DNA from: Antedon mediterranea
Lineage: Eukaryota; Animalia; Echinodermata
Assembly (NCBI RefSeq): GCF_964355755.1
Contig: NC_092677.1
Location: 11,182,101-11,246,100 of the forward strand
Length of the DNA: 64,000 bases
Reading direction: 5' to 3'
Positions 13,907 through 26,507 of the stretch are shown here, one piece after another (within the stretch, counting starts at the first letter, position 1; every line of letters begins with the position of its first letter). The position numbers and the translations under genes were made by a program. A model generated the notes under the pieces. It did no database searches. It was given only the letters and a program-made list of their open reading frames with translations, and was not told where the DNA came from.

Positions 13907-14036
13907 TGACGTAATAACTGCGTCAGAGGTCTTGTTTTCACTGAACCGTATCAATTATTATGTTTACGCATGCGTGATTATTTGGGAATTTCCATTTCTA
14001 TGAAACGGAAACTGTTTTAAACGTAAAATATATCAG
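13907..14036 (+). promoter_or_regulatory. ZNFX1-A proximal promoter / first non-coding exon with CRE-like, NF-kB, GAS and ISRE motifs
   Basis: TGACGTAA 13907-13914; GGGAATTTCC 13984-13993; TTCTATGAA (TTCN3GAA) 13996-14004; GAAACGGAAACT (GAAANNGAAACT) 14002-14013. Donor CAG|GTACAG at 14036/14037 pairs with the acceptor at 14485. Confidence 0.7.
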
Positions 14037-14506
14037 GTACAGTACATTTAATATCGGGCACACTTTAATGTCTAGATAATTAATCTAAAAAAGGATCGGG
14101 TTATGTATTTCTTGTTAAAAGGCTAGAAACATGAGTACAGTGTCTGGTATTGTACTGATGTAGTGAGTAGCCTATAATTATATAGATAGTCAGATAGAGG
14201 CCTAAAAAACAACACAGTATAGTAGGTAAGCAGACCTATCTTTTTTGTGTATGTAGTCAGGGCCGAGAGCTATAACGTGAAATCCAGATGAAGGAAATAA
14301 ATAGAATTCATTTAATTAAGTCACCATTTTTATATATTTTATTGTAACTTTTTTTGTCAACTCAACACTCATCCTAGACAAAATGGCAAACTATTTTGTT
14401 CATGCACTCACTTACTGGATAGTAGGCCTATTTCACATAATGATTGTAATCAATTTTGATAATCCTCAATTATGTTTTTACACAGGCATGTGTTCGAATC
14501 TACCAA

Positions 14507-17500
14507 ATGTCTGAAAGTAAAAGACGCTACCACCATCGACACCGCAGTGTCCAACGTAACGATGACCGTGGTGGACATAGAACCACGTCACAGGAAAGAC
14601 CAAGGTGCAATGCATATAGACCAACAACAGAAAGGTAAATATATTAAATAAGAAAATCTACTGAGAAAAAAATGTAGTATATTTAGCTTCTAGAGATTCA
14701 GCCAGTGTAGCCAATAATTGACATGGGGTCGAGAAATGGAACACATGAAACACCTAAAGTTCTATGTTTATGATAAGCTACTACATTCAGAATTTTTTGA
14801 GAGGTTACATTAGTAAACCAATCTTTGATAGACCCACCAATGATCCACATTGCATATATCAGTTTTAATTTAAAAATAAGAACTATCTATTTGATGCACC
14901 ATGTTTTTATAGACACGTTGTTGTAGACCGACATGCAATTCCTCACAGCAACAATTGGCACCGCAGTGGCCGAAGTGAACACAGAAGTTCGTTACAGAGT
15001 GATAGACAATCTAGCTACAGATCAACAGAAAGGTAAACTTTCAGTCATTTACCTACTGAATAAAATTGCAATATGTCTTAAGCCCTGTCTACACTATCAA
15101 ACTTTATATGACAAAAAAAAATGTGTTATGTCAGTACCATATTTGGGTAGATCAAACTTTTTTTGTCAAAGCTAGTCTGCTTTAGCTTCACAGTGCTGTG
15201 ATAATAGGCTACAAATACAAAAAAAATGTTTGTAAATGTTAACATAAATAATGCTTAATTATTTAGTATGGTTATAATAATGAATTTCAGTAGTACTGTA
15301 TTTGCTCATTATTTTTTTTAGCAAACATTGTGATGCAGAGAGAAGAAATGACGACCGTAATAGAGATATTGGTAACCAGATAGACCCTAGACGAAGCTCC
15401 AGTTGCAGTGGTAGTCTGAAAAGACCACATAGTCAAGAGGGAAATAATCTCAAAGAGGGACAACCTCCGAAAAAGAGAGGTCATTGGCCTAAAAAAGAAC
15501 TTAGACCAACAGGTGCATTATACTGTATTCTTTATAAATTAAAATCAAGATGAGTTAGTTGCCAAGTTAATTTTTGTCGTCATTTGAGACGTCATTGATT
15601 ACTTGGTAGATTTCCTCATTTTTACAAATTGTTATTTGTTTTAGTTATTTTGGGAACTTATCCATTTGAAGTACAGTATCTAAATTTTTTTTTTATAATA
15701 TGGATGTCAGTAAAAAAATATTTAACCATGGAAGCACTGTTGACATGGGCATTAACTATATTTTTTAATAAAAAATGTCAGCACATATCAGCAAGTAACT
15801 CGCCAATTACAGAATGGATATACTATCATGATCATACTTATAAACTAATTGTCTATAAGGCTTAGAAAATGGAAAAAATAGTCAGGCAAGCATGTTAATC
15901 ATCAAGCTACAGAACTATTTCCAATATTTAATGTAATTTTTATATTTCATATTATTTGTTTTTTATTTATTGATAAACTAACCAATTCATTCTTGTTTCC
16001 ATTTAGGCTATAAACGTCTACAAGAACTTCTGAGTAAAGAAAAAGAAGAAATACTTATTCAGCTTTCATCAACTAATTTTGGTTTTCAGGAACTTCTAAA
16101 TCAAAAAGAAGAAATTCGTAGAGATCTTCGCGCCTTAATTTTACGCGCCATTGTTTGTGCGTGCGAGTGTACTACTGCCCAAGCTTCGTTGAATTCATTT
16201 TTAGGCAAACTTCAGAATTCCGAGTTTTTCTATCATGTGCAGCATCATATAATGTCATTAAAAGATGATGGAAATGACAAGATACAATATGAAGTCGAAA
16301 TACAAGATATCATTACTGTAATTCGGACAATGATCCACCGGCTCCCAGACACTATAGATGATGTTAAACCATCTATACTGCTTCTTACTGCGACTACTGA
16401 CGATTTACTTGCAGAAGGGTTAATTAATGAGTATGTCATGGAAAGTTTCAAAGAACTCAAAAAGCTGTCTAAGAATACTCAAGGTGCTGTACGGAAAAAG
16501 AAGTTCAATGTCGATGGAGAAACTCCACCACCAGACAACTTTCGGGAGATATCAATATTTCCTACAATAAACGATCTTACTGCAGACTACAAACCTTACT
16601 TACGGAAGAATAGACTTGGTGGTAGTTATGATGACGTAGACCATTATCTAGATGTCCACTTCCGTTTAATTCGTGAGGACTTGGTGAGACCACTTCGAGA
16701 AGGCATTAAGGAGTATCTGCATACCAAAGATGACTCAAATAAGCGCATAACTAGCATACGTATATATTACGATGTAACCATCGAGTATCCAGTATGTTCC
16801 CATGATTGTGTATTATACCGAGTACACTTTGATGTGTCGCGATTGAAGGGAGTTCGCTGGCAATCCACAAAACGCCTGATCTATGGGTCACTTGTCTGCC
16901 TGTCTCCGGACGATTTCAAATCAGTTTACTTTGCTACTGTTGCAAATAGAGATGTAAAGGATCTTGAGAATGGTTTTGTAGATTTAAAATTAGAAAACGA
17001 AGAAGAGTTTGAGAAATTAAACGAATGTCGCTATACCATGGTTGAAACATCGTCCTTCTTTGAGGCTTACCGGCACGTCCTGAAGAGTTTGCAGGAAATT
17101 ACAGAAACGAGCATGCCAATGAAAAGCTACATCATCAAAGGCCACCACAAAGTTGAAGCTCCATCATACCTTCGTCACAACATGACTATGACGTATGACC
17201 TTACACCATTGGTAAATGACACTACCAAATGTCTTGTAAGGTTAGCCGGTAATTCATGGCCAACTGCTAAATCTCTTCAACTCGATGAATCGCAATTTAC
17301 TGCCTTCAGAAATGCGTTGACGAAAGAGTTTGTAGTCATCCAAGGACCACCTGGAACTGGCAAAACCTACATAGGGTTGAAGATTGTACAAGCACTACTT
17401 TACAACAGTGAATGCTGGACAATTGACGCTGTTCATCATAGGGTAAAACATAGCCCTATATTTGTAGTCTGCTTCACAAATCATGCGCTTGATCAATTTC

Positions 17501-20500
17501 TTGAAGGCATACACTCATTTGTACAAACAGGTATTGTACGAGTTGGCGGCAGAAGTAAAAGTGAAATTTTAAACAGCTACAATCTCTCTCAGCTTCGAAA
17601 AAAGTTAAGGGAGGTAAAAGAAGTACCCAGATATATATTTGATAGAAAAAGGGACATTGAATATGAAATGCGTGAATTACGAGGTGTTATGGATCTAGCA
17701 GAGGAAAGAATCAAATTAACAACAAGAGGTGTTCTTTGTGAAATGTACATAGAAACATGGATGTCATGTGATCATTACAAATCATTGACACAGAATAGAA
17801 TAAACAATGAAAACATAGTGGTGACTTGGTTAGGATTGGGTGAGACTATAGTTACCGACACAGTTGTTGATTCTTGTCAAAATATTGCAAACAAACTTAA
17901 TGAAGAGCCTGTAAAAGAAGAAGACGACGACGACGACGACAGAGAAATGGATTTTGCTGAAGAAGAAGATTTACTAATAGAACAGAGATTAATTGATACT
18001 GATGTTGCTAATGATGAAACTCTCAATTTAAAAGAAATCGATACTTTAAGACAGACATTTGTGTATGGTTTCCAGTTGACTGAAAATAAGAAGGAAGCTC
18101 GATATCTTAAAAGGCAATTACAAAGTTATGACAAAATGACAGATATCGAAGCTGCCAAAGTGGATAACATATGGAATCTTGGACTGGATGATCGTTGGCG
18201 TCTATATCGATTATGGATATCAAAGTACTGTAACCAGGAACGTCAGACACTATTTGCGAATAATTATAAATACAATGAGTTAGGAAAACAACTTCAAGAA
18301 ATCACATTAGAGGAAAATCTTTTTCTGATGAAAGATGCTAAGGTGATTGGTATGACGACCACTGGAGCTGCAAAATGCCGAAATATGATTCAAAGAATCC
18401 AACCCAAGATTGTTATTGTAGAAGAAGCTGCTGAGGTACTAGAAGCTCACATAGTATCAAGTGTAACTCAAGGGTGTGAACATCTGATACTTATAGGAGA
18501 TCACCAACAACTCAGACCAAATCCAACAGTATATGATCTTGCCAAAAAGTTTAATTTGGAGATTTCTCTTTTTGAGAGGATGGTAAAAAACGGCATGAGT
18601 TGTCACAGGTTGGATATTCAACATAGAATGCGACCAGAGATATCTTCACTTATGAAGAACTATTTTTACAATGGACTTCAAGATGCCAAAAATGTAAAGT
18701 TGTATGAAAATGTTAAAGGAATATCAAACAACATGTTTTTCATTGAACATAATCATCAGGAAACAGCTCTCAGTGATACTTTTAGCCAATCAAACATCTA
18801 TGAAGCGGAGTTCTTGGTAAACCTTTCTAAGTACTTGATTCAGCAAGGCTACAAACCAACAGAGATTACAATCCTCACAACCTATACAGGTCAGCTATTT
18901 CAGTTTAAGAAACTAATGACGTCTAAGTTGTTCAACGGTATTCATGTTTGTACTGTTGATAATTATCAAGGTGAAGAAAATGAAATCGTTCTCCTTTCAC
19001 TTGTTCGAAGCAATGAAGAAGGTAAAATTGGATTTCTTAAAGAGAAAAATAGGATGTGTGTTGCTTTATCGAGAGCGAAGAAAGGTTTTTTCTGCATTGG
19101 TAATATGAAGCTTCTAGCAGCCAAAGACAAAAATTGGGGCAAGATTGTCAAAGGCCTTAAACAAAAGAAACTGATTGGAGATACCATTCGATTGTGTTGC
19201 CAAAACCACCCAGAAGCAAGCCTCGACATATGTGAACCTAAAGATTTTGATAATTGTCCAGAGGGAGGTTGTAAAAAGCCTTGTAGTTACAAAATGCAAT
19301 GCGGACACGTCTGTAAGAAGCTATGTCACTCATACGATCCCGAACATAAGAATATCAAGTGTTTAGAGCCTTGTTCCAGAATGACATGTACTTTCGGACA
19401 TCCATGTACACTTTATTGTTATCAGAAATGTAAAGACAACTGTGATGTTCAAATAGAGAGACATTTACCATGTGAACATAAACTAACACTACCATGCTTT
19501 AAAAATAAGGGTACAGTCGTATGTGTGTCTGATTGTCAAAAGATTTTGCGATGCCACCATGCATGTAAAGAAAAATGTAGCCAACCATGCACAGCTGTGT
19601 GTTGTAAGGTTGTAAATAAATCATTACCTTGTGGACATAATGGCGAATACAAATGTTACGTGACTGATCCATTAGACTGCTCTTCGCGATGTGCATTCTC
19701 CTTGAAATGCGGTCATCTCTGTGAAGGAACTTGTGGAGGTTGTAAAAATGGCCGTCTGCATAAACTGTGTGGTTCTAAATGTGGCAGGAAATTGGTATGT
19801 GGTCATGAATGTATAGAACCATGCACTCGTAATTGTCCACCTTGTAGGAAACCATGTCAGAATCGATGTGTTCATAGCAAGTGTCCCAAAAAATGTGGAG
19901 AAAAGTGTACACCTTGTCGAATGCGGTGTGAATGGCAATGCAAACATCATGAATGTACTAAGCAATGTGGAGAACTCTGCAACCGAAAAAGATGCAATAA
20001 ACCATGTAAGAAGTCCCTTAAACGATGTGGTCATGTTTGTGCTGGCCTTTGCGGCGAGCCTTGTCCCAACAAGTGTCTGATTTGTGATAAAGAAGAGTTA
20101 ACTACTATACTGTTTGGTAACGAAGATGAACCTGATGCCAGATTTATTGAGTTAGAAGACTGTGGACATGTTATAGAATCAAAAGGACTAGATAGATGGA
20201 TAGATCTAGAAGACAAAAGTGTGCAATCAAAAGCTTGCCCAGTGTGCAAAACTCCCATCAGAAGGAATCTGCGGTACGGAAACATCATTAAACAAATTCA
20301 AATAGACATAGAACGTGTTAAAGACAAAGTAAATGGACAAATTAGCTTTGACGATAAAAAAAAATTGAGAAGTGAAATTGAAGATTTATCTGACAGAGAG
20401 ATACGCAAGTCTCTACGCCATGAACACAAACTAATAAAGACGCCGAAGCATGTTGCTGATATGCATAACAAAATACAGTTTCTGGAGAAATTAGAAAAAA

Positions 20501-21123
20501 TTAGAGGAGCGTGTTCTGATATCGACAATATTCAATACAAGACAATTGAAAGAAAGATTAAGACAGACATAGAAACCTTAAAAAACTACATTCTCAAACC
20601 AAGAAGTCGATTTAGTGAGCAACTTTTAGAAGATATTTTGTCTGAGCTTCAACGTATTTCATTCTTAGTGGAATTGCATGTGCATAAAAGTAAACTGCAA
20701 GCATCGCAAATTAGCAAGAACAATTTAACAGATTCCTTTACTACAGTCGAAAAATGTTTCACTGATGTAGGCCCTTTAAAAGAAGATGATATAAACAAAA
20801 TACAGGCATGCTTGAAAAATATACGAGATAATTGCGGCAGAGTTCCTGGAATATCAGAAGAAGAACGGCTACAAATTGTAAAGGCTATAGGATTATCGAA
20901 AGGTCATTGGTTTAAATGCCCAAAAGGACACATATACGCGATTGGTGAATGTGGTGGTGCTACGGTAGAAAGTGTATGTCCAGAATGCAAATCTAAAATT
21001 GGAGGGAAAAAGCATCACCTTCGAGATGATAATAAACTTGCCAGTGAAATGGATGACGCTCAATATGCTTCCTGGTCAGAACAAGCGAATATGGAAAATT
21101 ATATATTAGACAATATCGTTTAA
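14507..21123 (+). CDS. ZNFX1: NFX1-type zinc finger-containing protein 1, canonical copy A (~1851 aa): Arg-rich N-terminus, ARM-like region, SF1B helicase, NFX1 zinc-finger array, RING-like domain, intact RZ finger
   Basis: Exons 14507-14634, 14913-15032, 15322-15512 and 16007-21123 splice in frame (5556 nt). Motifs: GYKRLQELL, HYLDVHFRLIRED, KRLIYGSLVCLS, QGPPGTGKT, CFTNHALDQFLE, VEEAAE, LIGDHQQLRP, QHRM, VDNYQGEE, RMCVALSRAK, many CGH..C..C repeats, EDCGHVIE...CPVCKTPI, and C-terminal WFKCPKGHIYAIGECGGA..VCPECKSKIGG..H. Confidence 0.93.
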
Positions 21124-21124
21124 C

Positions 21125-21872
21125 ATGGAGAAATAAAAAGAGCAATAAAACATTTTTTAAAGAATAAGAATTGAAGGTTTTTCTGATATTTAGACACAGA
21201 AATCACTGAACTTCAAAAGTTAAAGACACTAGAGCAGGTTGGTAATATGAAGAACAGAATACAATGTCTTATGAGATTAGAACTTATTTGCCAAGCAATA
21301 CTCAATACGAGACAATAACAAGAAAGATAAAAGAAGACCTCAAACCTCAAAATGTATCCTCAAACCTCAAAGTAGGTTTAGTGAGCAACATTTAGAAGAT
21401 ATATTGTCTGAACTAAACGGTTTTTTTATGGAACTAAACGTGCTTAAATGTAAATGGCAAACGTTTGAAATTAAGAAAGAGTCTGTAACGGAATCTATTA
21501 GTACGGTTGACACAATTTTCACCAAAGTAGGCGTTTTGAAAGAAGATGAAATTAAATAAATACCATACAATCTTTCTTGGAAAAAATACGAGATAAGTGT
21601 GGCAGTATTCCTGGAATATCCGAAGAAAATCGGGTGAACATTGTAAGGCAATGGATCTAAAAAGGGGATCTTGGTTTAAGTGCCCAAACGGACACGTGCA
21701 ATATATGCAATTGGTGAGTGCGGTGGTGCTATAGAGGAAGCAAAATGTCCTGAATGCGGATCCAATATTGGAGGCAAAAACCACTGCATTCAACACATTT
21801 GCTGGTGAAATGGATGGCGGTCGATATGCCGCCTGGTCGAATCCAACAAATCTAGCAAATTATATACTGTAA
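21125..21872 (+). pseudogene. Frameshifted tandem duplicate of the ZNFX1-A 3' end (helical region + RZ finger)
   Basis: Colinear with ~20332-21123 of copy A. Fragments read PGISEENRVNIV, WFKCPNGH, (frameshift) IYAIGECGGAIEEAKCPECGSNIGGKNH and FAGEMDGGRYAAWSNPTNLANYIL*, broken by several indels and stops. Confidence 0.88.
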
Positions 21873-22187
21873 TGTGTAAAAAAAATATATAATTTCTGAC
21901 ATTAAGTTTAAAACTTATTTCTTGGTAAAAGCATATGTATTTCGTCTCAGTTTATCATCATATATAGCCTATGTTCATTTAACTGTATTTTATATAGTTA
22001 TTTGTGGTTTTCGTAACCTAATTGTAGGCTAATACGACCATATAAGGCCTCTGTAAATTTACATTTTGTAATTTAGTACAAGTTGATACCTGCATGCTGC
22101 ATGTATCATTTTATTATATCCAAGTTAAGTGTGCTATTATAAAAGTGTACTGACACGTGATCTCATTTCTATCTCATTTCCTGTCTC

Positions 22188-22211
22188 CAGGGAAGAGTTA
22201 GCTCTTCCCTG
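22188..22211. repeat. 24-bp palindromic insertion with 7-bp target-site duplication
   Basis: CAGGGAAGAGTTAGCTCTTCCCTG flanked by CTGTCTC on both sides (22181-22187, 22212-22218). Confidence 0.75.
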
Positions 22212-22228
22212 CTGTCTCTAATATTCTT

Positions 22229-22462
22229 GCAGTTTCCGTTGAAACGTCAATTTTTAAAAACAACACAGTACTTAAATATTCATGATTATATGACATCCAA
22301 TCAAAAGACGTCTACAGAAATGTTATTTTCTTATTACTAAATCACGTGATTGTTGGAAATTCCCCACCTATAGTAGTAGAATTCACAAGAACACCATACA
22401 TCTATATTAGCCCATGACTAGTTCAGAATGTTAAATAAAGTCATTTTATTGTATTTCATATG
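22229..22462 (+). promoter_or_regulatory. ZNFX1-B promoter and first non-coding exon
   Basis: CAGTTTCCGTT ISRE-like 11-mer (22230-22240), CCAAT (~22297), E-box CACGTG 22343-22348, NF-kB GGAAATTCCC 22355-22364 and donor ATG|GTAAGT at 22462/22463. The block from CCAAT onward is homologous to 43528-43695 upstream of copy C. Confidence 0.65.
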
Positions 22463-22830
22463 GTAAGTATACTACTATTTTTCTGTATATTTTATAGGCA
22501 TCTTATTCACTATAAAGCCTCTATCCCAATTTAACAAACAAAATAGGAAACAGAATTAGGAATAGAATTGAATTGGCACGAAATACGGAGCAATAATGGT
22601 GTAAGCAGTTTCCCAATTCAATTTTAAATTACTTCATCAAATTTTAGCATATAGAACAAGACTTAAACTATGTAATGTTGAAATAGAACCTGCATGGAAA
22701 CAATTTAACTGAATGATTGTGTTTTTCTGCTAATAAACATATTTTAAGTTAGAGCAATATTGTAACAGGAAATAAAAATTATAGCAAACTAATAAATGAG
22801 CTAATTCTTTTTTCATATAAAATATTGTTA

Positions 22831-23427
22831 AACAAGGCCATATAGATGGCTGCAGTCGCGTGCTCATTAGTGTTTATCGACCGACCGACCAACCTACCAA
22901 CTGACCGAAACTACTGAACATGTTTAAAAATGTTGAAATGTTTAAAAACATTTATATTTTTGACGTGCTCGTATAACGTAATTTCGAGTTGAAAAGTAAG
23001 TCAAGAAAACAGAAATCGGGCAAAAAGAGTGCGCAATAACATTTAACGCGCAGTGCGCGCGCAACAATCTGCGCACTCATGGCAATTTTGGAAACGCTTA
23101 AAATTGCCTGAAACGTACTCTTATTTCATCGAAAATAAATATTGACAATTTTAAGCGCGCGTACGCATGCGTTACATGATTACAAACGTGATTTCGTTAA
23201 ATCGTGCGTAGACCGCGTAATTTTTTATTGTGCACCGTGAAAACATAACCACATCGATTCCTGGCCATAAGGAATATACTGTGAAAAATTGACTTAGCTA
23301 GATTAAACTGATATCAAGATAAGGTCAGAAAGCGATAAAACGCATAGTGATACCGGACCGACAGACAGACCGACCGACCGACCGACCGACATAGTGAACT
23401 ATAGAGTCGCGTCCACACGACTAAAAA
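22831..23427 (-). mobile_element. Non-autonomous Helentron/DINE-1-like element (family H1)
   Basis: On the - strand: T-run, hairpin AGTCGTGTGGACGCGACT, (GTCG)n microsatellite, then 3' sub-TIR CACGCGACT and stem-loop GCCATCTATATGGC-CTTGTT. A short inverted copy lies at 26508-26629. Confidence 0.7.
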
Positions 23428-24221
23428 AGAAAATGTACCCAAAACAATATAGAAACTTTACAAAATAGAACTTCCTAATTTCATAAAGAATGGTTATGCT
23501 TCACTAATAACAAAAAAACTGTTAGATTTTTTGTTTCCTCAATTTTTTATGAATATAAAAATGTTAAAATGTCGTATAACTTTTTTACTTTACATTATGT
23601 ATATTTGTGGCTTGTCCTCAAAAGAACACAGAAAAACTGCCAAAAAAGTATGTCTATGTATGTATGTCGATACTTATATTTCGTGTGTGTTTGTATACAC
23701 CTGTATTTTATTTGTACATTATGTAAACTCAATTACTCAGCTCTAATTACTCAACATCATGCAACATTTTTACTTTTTAATGATCATGCTAGATTGTGTG
23801 TGTGTAGACTAGTCCAGATTTGAGAATGAAATGCTGTAGGCATTTTGTGTTAAAAGCGAATAAACATGTGTTTAGGGTAATTTGGGGTGCTGAATTCAAA
23901 TCTGCTGTTTACCCGGCCCAATTTTTAGATCTTCACCCTTAAAATGTGAACAACAAATTGGCCGCCATTTCAAACTTATTTTGGCTTATAACTTGTTTAA
24001 AATGACATAACAAGTTAAAAATGGTATCTATACCTATGTTTGTGATACTGAAGATTCCAAATAAATTGTTATTAAAGTTGTAAATATTCTATTTCAGCCG
24101 CCATGTTGAAATCCAAGATGGCCGCCATTTTAAACGTATTTTGGCTTATAACTTGACTTTTATGTGATCTGACATAGCAAGTTAAAAATGGTGTCTATAC
24201 CTATGTTTGTGATACTCATAT

Positions 24222-24839
24222 AACTATAGAAAGCCACTCCGAGAGTGCATACCTCCGCCTACTGTAGAATTCTCCTACATAAGATTTCTCCGGTAAAAAA
24301 AATATATATATATGTGTGTGTGTCTTAATGCTGTTTGTGATTTATGCTAATTTCACTACAAGCATGTGTATGCGAGTTTGGTGTAATGGTTATGTAACAA
24401 GCCTTTCAATTAACAATAGCTTCAGTTGACTAACAATAGAACAGCAACGCGAAAATCAAACGAGTGAATTTGAAAAGAAATAGGTTTTGTAAACTACTCG
24501 CATCAAAAAACGTGCACATTAAATCAAATTATGTTTTAAAATTACAAATCACAAATTATAACTCTTGCCTCTTGTACAAAAATGAAGTTTTTTGGACAAG
24601 TAGTTCTCGAGAAAATTCAATTTGAGTTTACTTGTTACTTTAAGACTGCTCGCCGGCTTTTGAAAAATTCTGTTCTATCTTTTTAACACTAGCAGGTCTG
24701 AAAAGTATACTAAAAAGTGGTCAAGAATTGGGACCGTGGTCCGAAATGGTCCCAAAATTTAATGGAATGGTCCTTGACCAATATCTATCTGTAATTACTT
24801 TTTGAGTAATCCTGCTAACAAACCCTTGGCGGAGGTAAA
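24222..24839 (-). mobile_element. Non-autonomous Helentron-like element (family H2)
   Basis: Reverse-complement copy of 59702-61056 without its nested MITE. Ends TTACCTCCGCCAAGG and GGCGGAGGTATGCACTCTCGGAGTGGCTTTCTA. Confidence 0.8.
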
Positions 24840-25102
24840 TTAGACTTTGTTCTGTGCCTATATATAATATTTTGTATGTGGACATGTTTCTATGACAATG
24901 CAACTTACTTTTAAATACTGTATAAATTCCTGTTTATTATTTTTATTTTTATTTTTATTTTTTTTTTTTTTTTTATTTTTTTTTTATTTATTAGGTATAA
25001 CACTCAAAATGCAACAAAAGTTGAAAATCTTATGAGTTTACAAAAGGTACAAAAAAAAAACCGAGATAAAGATATAAAACAATAGGCCTATACTAAAATT
25101 TA

Positions 25103-25330
25103 CGGTGGCCCACAACTGTCACGCACACTATATAAATCATATTCACACAAATAAAGAAGGAATCACACAATTAAAGAAGAAATCACACAATTAAAGAAGA
25201 AATCGCATATAAACAAAAGAAAGCATGAAAATATAAAACGAAATGCACAAATAAAGAAGAAACGCGCAATTAAAGAAGAGCTAAGCACAATTAAGGACGT
25301 CCGCAACAAATTCGAAATAATGAATGAAAG
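25103..25330. repeat. ~21-bp imperfect tandem repeats (CACAATTAAAGAAGAAAT), probably the subterminal region of a DNA transposon
   Basis: At least 6 degenerate units after TACGGTGGCCCACAAC. Confidence 0.5.
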
Positions 25331-26344
25331 TGGAACCCACAAAAGAAAAAAATCATTTTTTAAGGAATATCTTTCAATAACTACAGGCCACTGATGAAGT
25401 AGGCCTAGGCCTTAAAAAGAATATGGCTTTGCTTTTTTCCAACAGTGCGTAAGATAATTGAATTGTCTACTTTTAGGCCTATTAACTATTATAGCATATT
25501 TGTTTTTATTGATTTTCCACACAAAATGAATATGATAATAATAATAATAATATCGCATAGTATAGTATGATTTTAATTGATAGGAAAAAAGTATAGCTCT
25601 ACGAAAAAATATGATGATGAAATAGACTACAAAATTCCGTGAATAGTGTTAATGGTCTATTCAGCCTACATGCGACCGGGTATCGAAGAGACAATACAAC
25701 TATTGATATAAGATATTTTAATGAGAATGTGGCATATACCTGTGGGTATATATACAATTCCGGTGTGTTTATCATATTTTACATTAGAACATAATTTATA
25801 TTATAATTATAATAAAAAAAATATTTCCTTAAAAAAACGCCACTAGACCTTTTGTTTGTTTTGACAAAGATAAATTTACAGCCAACACGAAAACATTGTT
25901 TATTGAAGAGGTCTTACGACTGTCTGCATACTGTACATCATAGACTCTCTTCTCCCATACGTGCTTTGGGGATTGCGCATGCCCAGTCCGAGTTTCTAAA
26001 TACTCTTTTTTTTTTCAGCCGTAGTACACTGTAAGCTTTCGCGTGATACGGTTTCCTAATGCTTCCGTCCTCTTGAATATAATTGCCTAAATGCGCGGCG
26101 CGAAAACATTATTTAATAATTTGAATTAACTTGTTTTTGTGGTGAAATTTTGTTTTCTTTTTGCTTTGTATGTTTTGTATGTAGAAGATGTACTATCCGT
26201 AATAAAGGAAAAGGAATAAATGAATAAATGAAGGCCTCTAGACTTAGGCCGGCTATAAGCACAACTCAGCAAGAAAGTAGCATGTGCAACAGAATGTTAT
26301 CTAAGGATTCCGATTCCAAGGCAATTGTTAAATCCCGCCTTCCA

Positions 26345-26388
26345 CAGGGAAGAGTTAAATTACAATTGCAATATAACTCTCTTCCCTG
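26345..26388. repeat. 44-bp palindromic insertion of the CAGGGAAGAG family
   Basis: CAGGGAAGAGTTA...TAACTCTCTTCCCTG flanked by CGCCTTCCA / CGCCTTCCT. Confidence 0.6.
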
Positions 26389-26507
26389 CGCCTTCCTTGT
26401 GAAACAAAAATCTTGTATAGACAAGAAACTTTTTTTTTCAAAACTATAGGACTACTCCATACGCGTTTACAGTCTCAAACATCGTCTCATCTTTGGCCTA
26501 CTGTTTC

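Noticed and set aside
2689-15175. Short ORFs sharing LCLHYQ / SLPYLG peptides
   Set aside because: Translations of MITE family 1 copies, not a protein family.
21367-21796. Minus-strand ORFs of 94 and 120 aa
   Set aside because: They are the antisense shadow of the frameshifted ZNFX1 3' duplicate on the + strand.
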